A stretch of DNA of 60,445 nucleotides, taken from contig JBCBLF010000003.1 in NCBI GenBank assembly GCA_038520475.1, forward strand, positions 1 to 60,445. Reading direction: 5' to 3'. Source of the DNA: Cyanobacteria bacterium J06627_8. GTDB lineage: Bacteria > Cyanobacteriota > Cyanobacteriia > CAKZMO01. How positions within the stretch are numbered: the first letter of the stretch is position 1; each line of letters opens with the position of its first letter. The notes under the pieces are model-generated. The model did no database searches and was not told the origin of the DNA. It worked only from the letters and a program-made list of their open reading frames with translations. The position numbers were made by a program, and so were the translations under genes. Positions 57,358 to 60,445 of the stretch are shown here, in pieces.

Positions 57358-57816
57358 TTACAGAGCAGCAACGTGAATCTCGATTTCTCCGGTCACTTCA
57401 GGGTGGAGTTTAATCTGAACGTTGTAGAACCCTAGCTTGTTAATGTCAGGGACTGTAATGCTGTGACGATCGATTTCTTGGTTCGTTGAAGCTAGAATCG
57501 CTTCCGCAACTTCGCGATCCGTAACGGTTCCAAAAATTGCATCCTCTTCACCCACCTGCTTACGAATTGTTAAGCGACCGATGGTTTCTAACGCGGTCTT
57601 CTGAGATTCAGCTTGGCGCTTGATGTCAATAATCCGCTGGCGTTCTTCTTCACGCTGCCGCTCGACTTGCTTCAAAATTCCGGGAGTTGTGCGAACAGCT
57701 TTGCCATTAGGAATGAGATAGTTGCGTGCATATCCAGGTGCAACCTCAACTAGGTCGCCGTTTTGACCCAACTTTCGAATATCTTCTCTAAGAACAACCT
57801 GTATCCGCTTTGCCAT
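57358..57816 (-). CDS. rplI: 50S ribosomal protein L9
   Basis: [40 protein letters not shown] is a canonical L9 N-domain. The start is ATG 57816, not the upstream in-frame extension. Confidence 0.92.
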   Translation of the reverse strand: MAKRIQVVLREDIRKLGQNGDLVEVAPGYARNYLIPNGKAVRTTPGILKQVERQREEERQRIIDIKRQAESQKTALETIGRLTIRKQVGEEDAIFGTVTDREVAEAILASTNQEIDRHSITVPDINKLGFYNVQIKLHPEVTGEIEIHVAAL

Positions 57817-58056
57817 GAGTTTTATTCCAGCCCTTTTACAATTCCAATCTAATTCATCCAATATTAGAGACATCTCTGCCTTCAGTCAGGAGAAAGAATC
57901 AACAACCCCAGAAGGACTATGTTATCTGATAAAGACAAGTCACTGCAACTGTTATCCATATCTATCCCCAGTATGGGGAGTGCGACACATCTTGAAAGCA
58001 TCTCAAACCTAGAAGAATCAAGACTTACGCATTTTATGAAAGATCCTGAGTTTTGA

Positions 58057-58095
58057 GAACGCTTTTTGGCGGGCGCAGCACGCCAAAAAGCGTTC
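58057..58095. other. 15-bp perfect hairpin 3' of gloB
   Basis: gaacgctttttggcg - ggcgcagca - cgccaaaaagcgttc. No U-tract follows on either strand. Confidence 0.5.
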
Positions 58096-58232
58096 AACTG
58101 TGTAAGTAGTCCTAAGAATAAAGGGGGTGAGCAGATGAGTTAGCGATATTTGAGAAGCGCTATGTGAGGCAATAAGCGCTGCTAGGGTTTGAAAATTCTT
58201 GAGTCTTTTAGTCAAGATAAGGAAACGAGCGA

Positions 58233-59012
58233 CTAAAACAAATCCTTCATTCCCCGAATTTTTGCGAAGCATCGAACTGGGTCTTGGGTTTGGGCGATCG
58301 CCATGACGGCAGGCTGATCCCACCGAAGGAATGGATTCGTACTCTTTTCAACCCCCAATGTAGACGGTACGGTTGCTTCTTGGTGTTGCCGCATCACCTG
58401 AACATTCTGATACCGCTGAGTCAGCGTTTCATTTCCCGGTTCAACAGTGACCGCAAACTGGAGATTTTTCAGCGTATATTCGTGAGCGCACCAAATCCTG
58501 GTCTGCTCAGGAAGCTGACGAATTTTTGTCAGGGATTCAACCATTTGCTGGGGTGTCCCTTCGAATAACCGACCACACCCTCCCGCAAACAACGTATCGC
58601 CACAAAACAGATCCCCGGAGGCGCATGGGTCGTTTGATGGCGGCTCGAAGTAATAAGCAATATGGGCTCGGGTGTGTCCAGGAACAAACAGAACATGACC
58701 CGTTCGATCAGCAAATGAAACCGTATCTCCGTCTGATAAAAAGACAGTTTGGTAGGGGATTCGACCTCGATCGTGTACTCCTCCATATACGGTGGCTGCT
58801 GGAAAACGGTTGAGGAGTCGGGCATTTCCTCCCACATGATCACCGTGGTGATGGGTATTGAAAATGGTGACTAGTGAGGCACGATGTCGATCTAAAAACC
58901 GGAGCACAGGTTCGGCTTCAGCCGGATCAACCACTGCTGCAACATGCCGTACCTCATCATGGATGACAAAAATATAATTGTCTGACAGCGCTGGAAGCCG
59001 GTGGATAGTCAT
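58233..59012 (-). CDS. gloB: Hydroxyacylglutathione hydrolase (glyoxalase II)
   Basis: Metallo-beta-lactamase THHHGDH motif, LSDNYIF N-terminus and a C-terminal GloB-type domain. Confidence 0.9.
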   Translation of the reverse strand: MTIHRLPALSDNYIFVIHDEVRHVAAVVDPAEAEPVLRFLDRHRASLVTIFNTHHHGDHVGGNARLLNRFPAATVYGGVHDRGRIPYQTVFLSDGDTVSFADRTGHVLFVPGHTRAHIAYYFEPPSNDPCASGDLFCGDTLFAGGCGRLFEGTPQQMVESLTKIRQLPEQTRIWCAHEYTLKNLQFAVTVEPGNETLTQRYQNVQVMRQHQEATVPSTLGVEKSTNPFLRWDQPAVMAIAQTQDPVRCFAKIRGMKDLF

Positions 59013-59452
59013 AAGTAAGGATAAGCCGTGAGTTGAATGATAAGAGCACTGTTTAGATAAGAACTGGGGTTAGTCTGTGGTGCAGGTCTGCAAAGGATAG
59101 ACAGCGATCGCCATTCTAACTGTGCACTAGACCGATCGATGTAAGCAGCTAAGCAGCACCAGGCGATTGGTCGTTAAGCCTAACTCTTTCGTTTCAATGA
59201 ATTTGATTGGTTGAGCCGGTCAAACATGCGGATCATCAAGATTCGCTATTGGAAAAAGAGAGGAGAAAATACGGTGTCCATTGCCTCTTAATTTTATTGA
59301 CAATTTGGTTATGACAATTGGAGCAGTGGGGAGCAAGGACCTTGTAACTTTTTACGCTCCACTTCCAAGGATTGTCAGACCAAGGGGCAACGGCGACCCC
59401 GTATGGTCTCAACCATCGGAAAAGTCTTGCACATAAGAGATGAGAGACGTCG

Positions 59453-59698
59453 ATGCAAAAAAAGAACAGATTAAATAACCAGTCTGCCAGAACGGTAAGC
59501 CTGCAGGCTCTGTCTCAAACTACTGGCATTGAACACGTGATCAATCAGATTTATTCATCTAAAAAAATCAACCGTGAGCAGCACGCATACTTAATGAGTT
59601 CGCTCCTCTCTAATGAAGCTCAAGTCAAAACTCATCGAGCCTCAATTAATCGAATTTTTGAAGCGTTACACGCTGGACATCTTGTTCGGGCAGACTAG
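59453..59698 (+). CDS. Hypothetical small protein
   Basis: 81-aa ORF with no recognised motif, convergent with the M15 peptidase gene. Confidence 0.35.
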   Translation: MQKKNRLNNQSARTVSLQALSQTTGIEHVINQIYSSKKINREQHAYLMSSLLSNEAQVKTHRASINRIFEALHAGHLVRAD

Positions 59699-59726
59699 CA
59701 AAGCGGTGGGTATCAATGAGTCACGT

Positions 59727-60416
59727 CTAATAATTCCAAATGCGTCGATGGCGAAGATCAAGGTGAATAAAGCCTCGATTTGCACCCCGGCCAAACCCGC
59801 CTTGCCATTTGCCGGTGTCGTACCATTCGGATTCAAACCGTTTTTGCAGTTCCCAGACTGATCCACCGCTGAGTGGCCGAAAATCAATGGCATAGCCGCC
59901 CGGATGATTCGGTGCCTTAGAGCCAATACGAGTGTTGACATGCCAAGGACGATACCAGGAGTTGACGCCCAACGGAGCACCCCACCATTCTCTGATATCG
60001 TCCATTTTTCGAGCGATATTAACAATATTGCGTTTAGTTCCCGGTCGGGTCGGAATTCGCTCACGAGAATGTTGGGTTACTTCTCCGACCGTGAAGTATT
60101 TTGACACCGGTGCCTTCCAGTCAGACCAATTGACCTCGTTCCACTCAGGAAGGGACATGCTGGGTTCATCAACCTCACTCTGCCACGGCAATTTCCAGTG
60201 TTCAGCGAAAATATACCAAGTTCCTCCATTGTGAGCCAAATCAACTTTGAAATGACCGCCCATGTCTGTTCCAGGTCCGCGCTCATCATAACTAAGCACC
60301 TTATAGTTCTTGCCAGACTCGACTTGCAATTTTCGATTGTTCTCAAGCTGATCCGCGCTGAAGCGATAGTCTTTTTTTAGCCAGGTATTCGCTAGGGCGG
60401 TAATTGTCTCTGTCAT
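59727..60416 (-). CDS. Peptidase M15A-like (hedgehog/DD-peptidase fold) zinc peptidase with an N-terminal beta domain
   Basis: An H-x6-D context (NHPGGYAIDF) and a distal His (GFIHLDL) are typical of M15 cell-wall peptidases. Confidence 0.7.
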   Translation of the reverse strand: MTETITALANTWLKKDYRFSADQLENNRKLQVESGKNYKVLSYDERGPGTDMGGHFKVDLAHNGGTWYIFAEHWKLPWQSEVDEPSMSLPEWNEVNWSDWKAPVSKYFTVGEVTQHSRERIPTRPGTKRNIVNIARKMDDIREWWGAPLGVNSWYRPWHVNTRIGSKAPNHPGGYAIDFRPLSGGSVWELQKRFESEWYDTGKWQGGFGRGANRGFIHLDLRHRRIWNY

Positions 60417-60445
60417 GTTAGCTCCCTGAAATCTAGGATAGTGAA

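Noticed and set aside
1-60445. Scan for tRNA/rRNA genes, CRISPR arrays, transposases, integrases, toxin-antitoxin pairs and known defence systems.
   Set aside because: I found none by eye. The window appears to be core chromosome, so I report no mobile or defence element.

Overview
This 60.4-kb window looks like core chromosome of a cyanobacterium. HIP1 octamers (GCGATCGC) are scattered densely through genes and spacers, and the window carries psaA-psaB and an unlisted psb30/ycf12. I saw no tRNA, rRNA, CRISPR array, transposase, integrase or phage genes.

Recognisable genes:
- Housekeeping: def, htrA-like protease, trmB, tpiA, dinB, thyX, dcd, lepB, dnaB, rplI, gloB.
- Membrane transport: a TSUP/TauE protein, a split UPF0016/GDT1 pair, a COG0701 permease with its TIGR03943 partner, an ECF-type CbiM/Q/O Co/Ni importer, and an orphan ABC ATPase.
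- Envelope proteins: an SLH protein, an acidic lipoprotein, a rhomboid protease and an M15 peptidase.

Most interesting items:
1. A five-gene minus-strand operon at 44328-48945. It encodes two V4R-like proteins, a small repeat protein, a phycobiliprotein-fold protein that keeps the bilin-attachment Cys, and a non-RD Ser/Thr kinase. It resembles the poorly understood Synechocystis slr0144-slr0152 (pap/SpkG) cluster but lacks its ferredoxin and TPR genes.
2. A pair of about 100-nt imperfect inverted repeats with a 21-nt perfect core. They bracket a dinB plus acidic-lipoprotein operon.
3. A CbiMQO transporter with no CbiN. It has two extra extracytoplasmic proteins and sits divergent from a CobO-like gene whose P-loop is destroyed.
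4. A head-to-head pair of SET-domain genes sharing a 33-nt identical stretch.
5. Several very long perfect hairpins, orphan terminators and repeated short motifs in spacers.

All protein calls come from motif recognition by eye. No database search was run.
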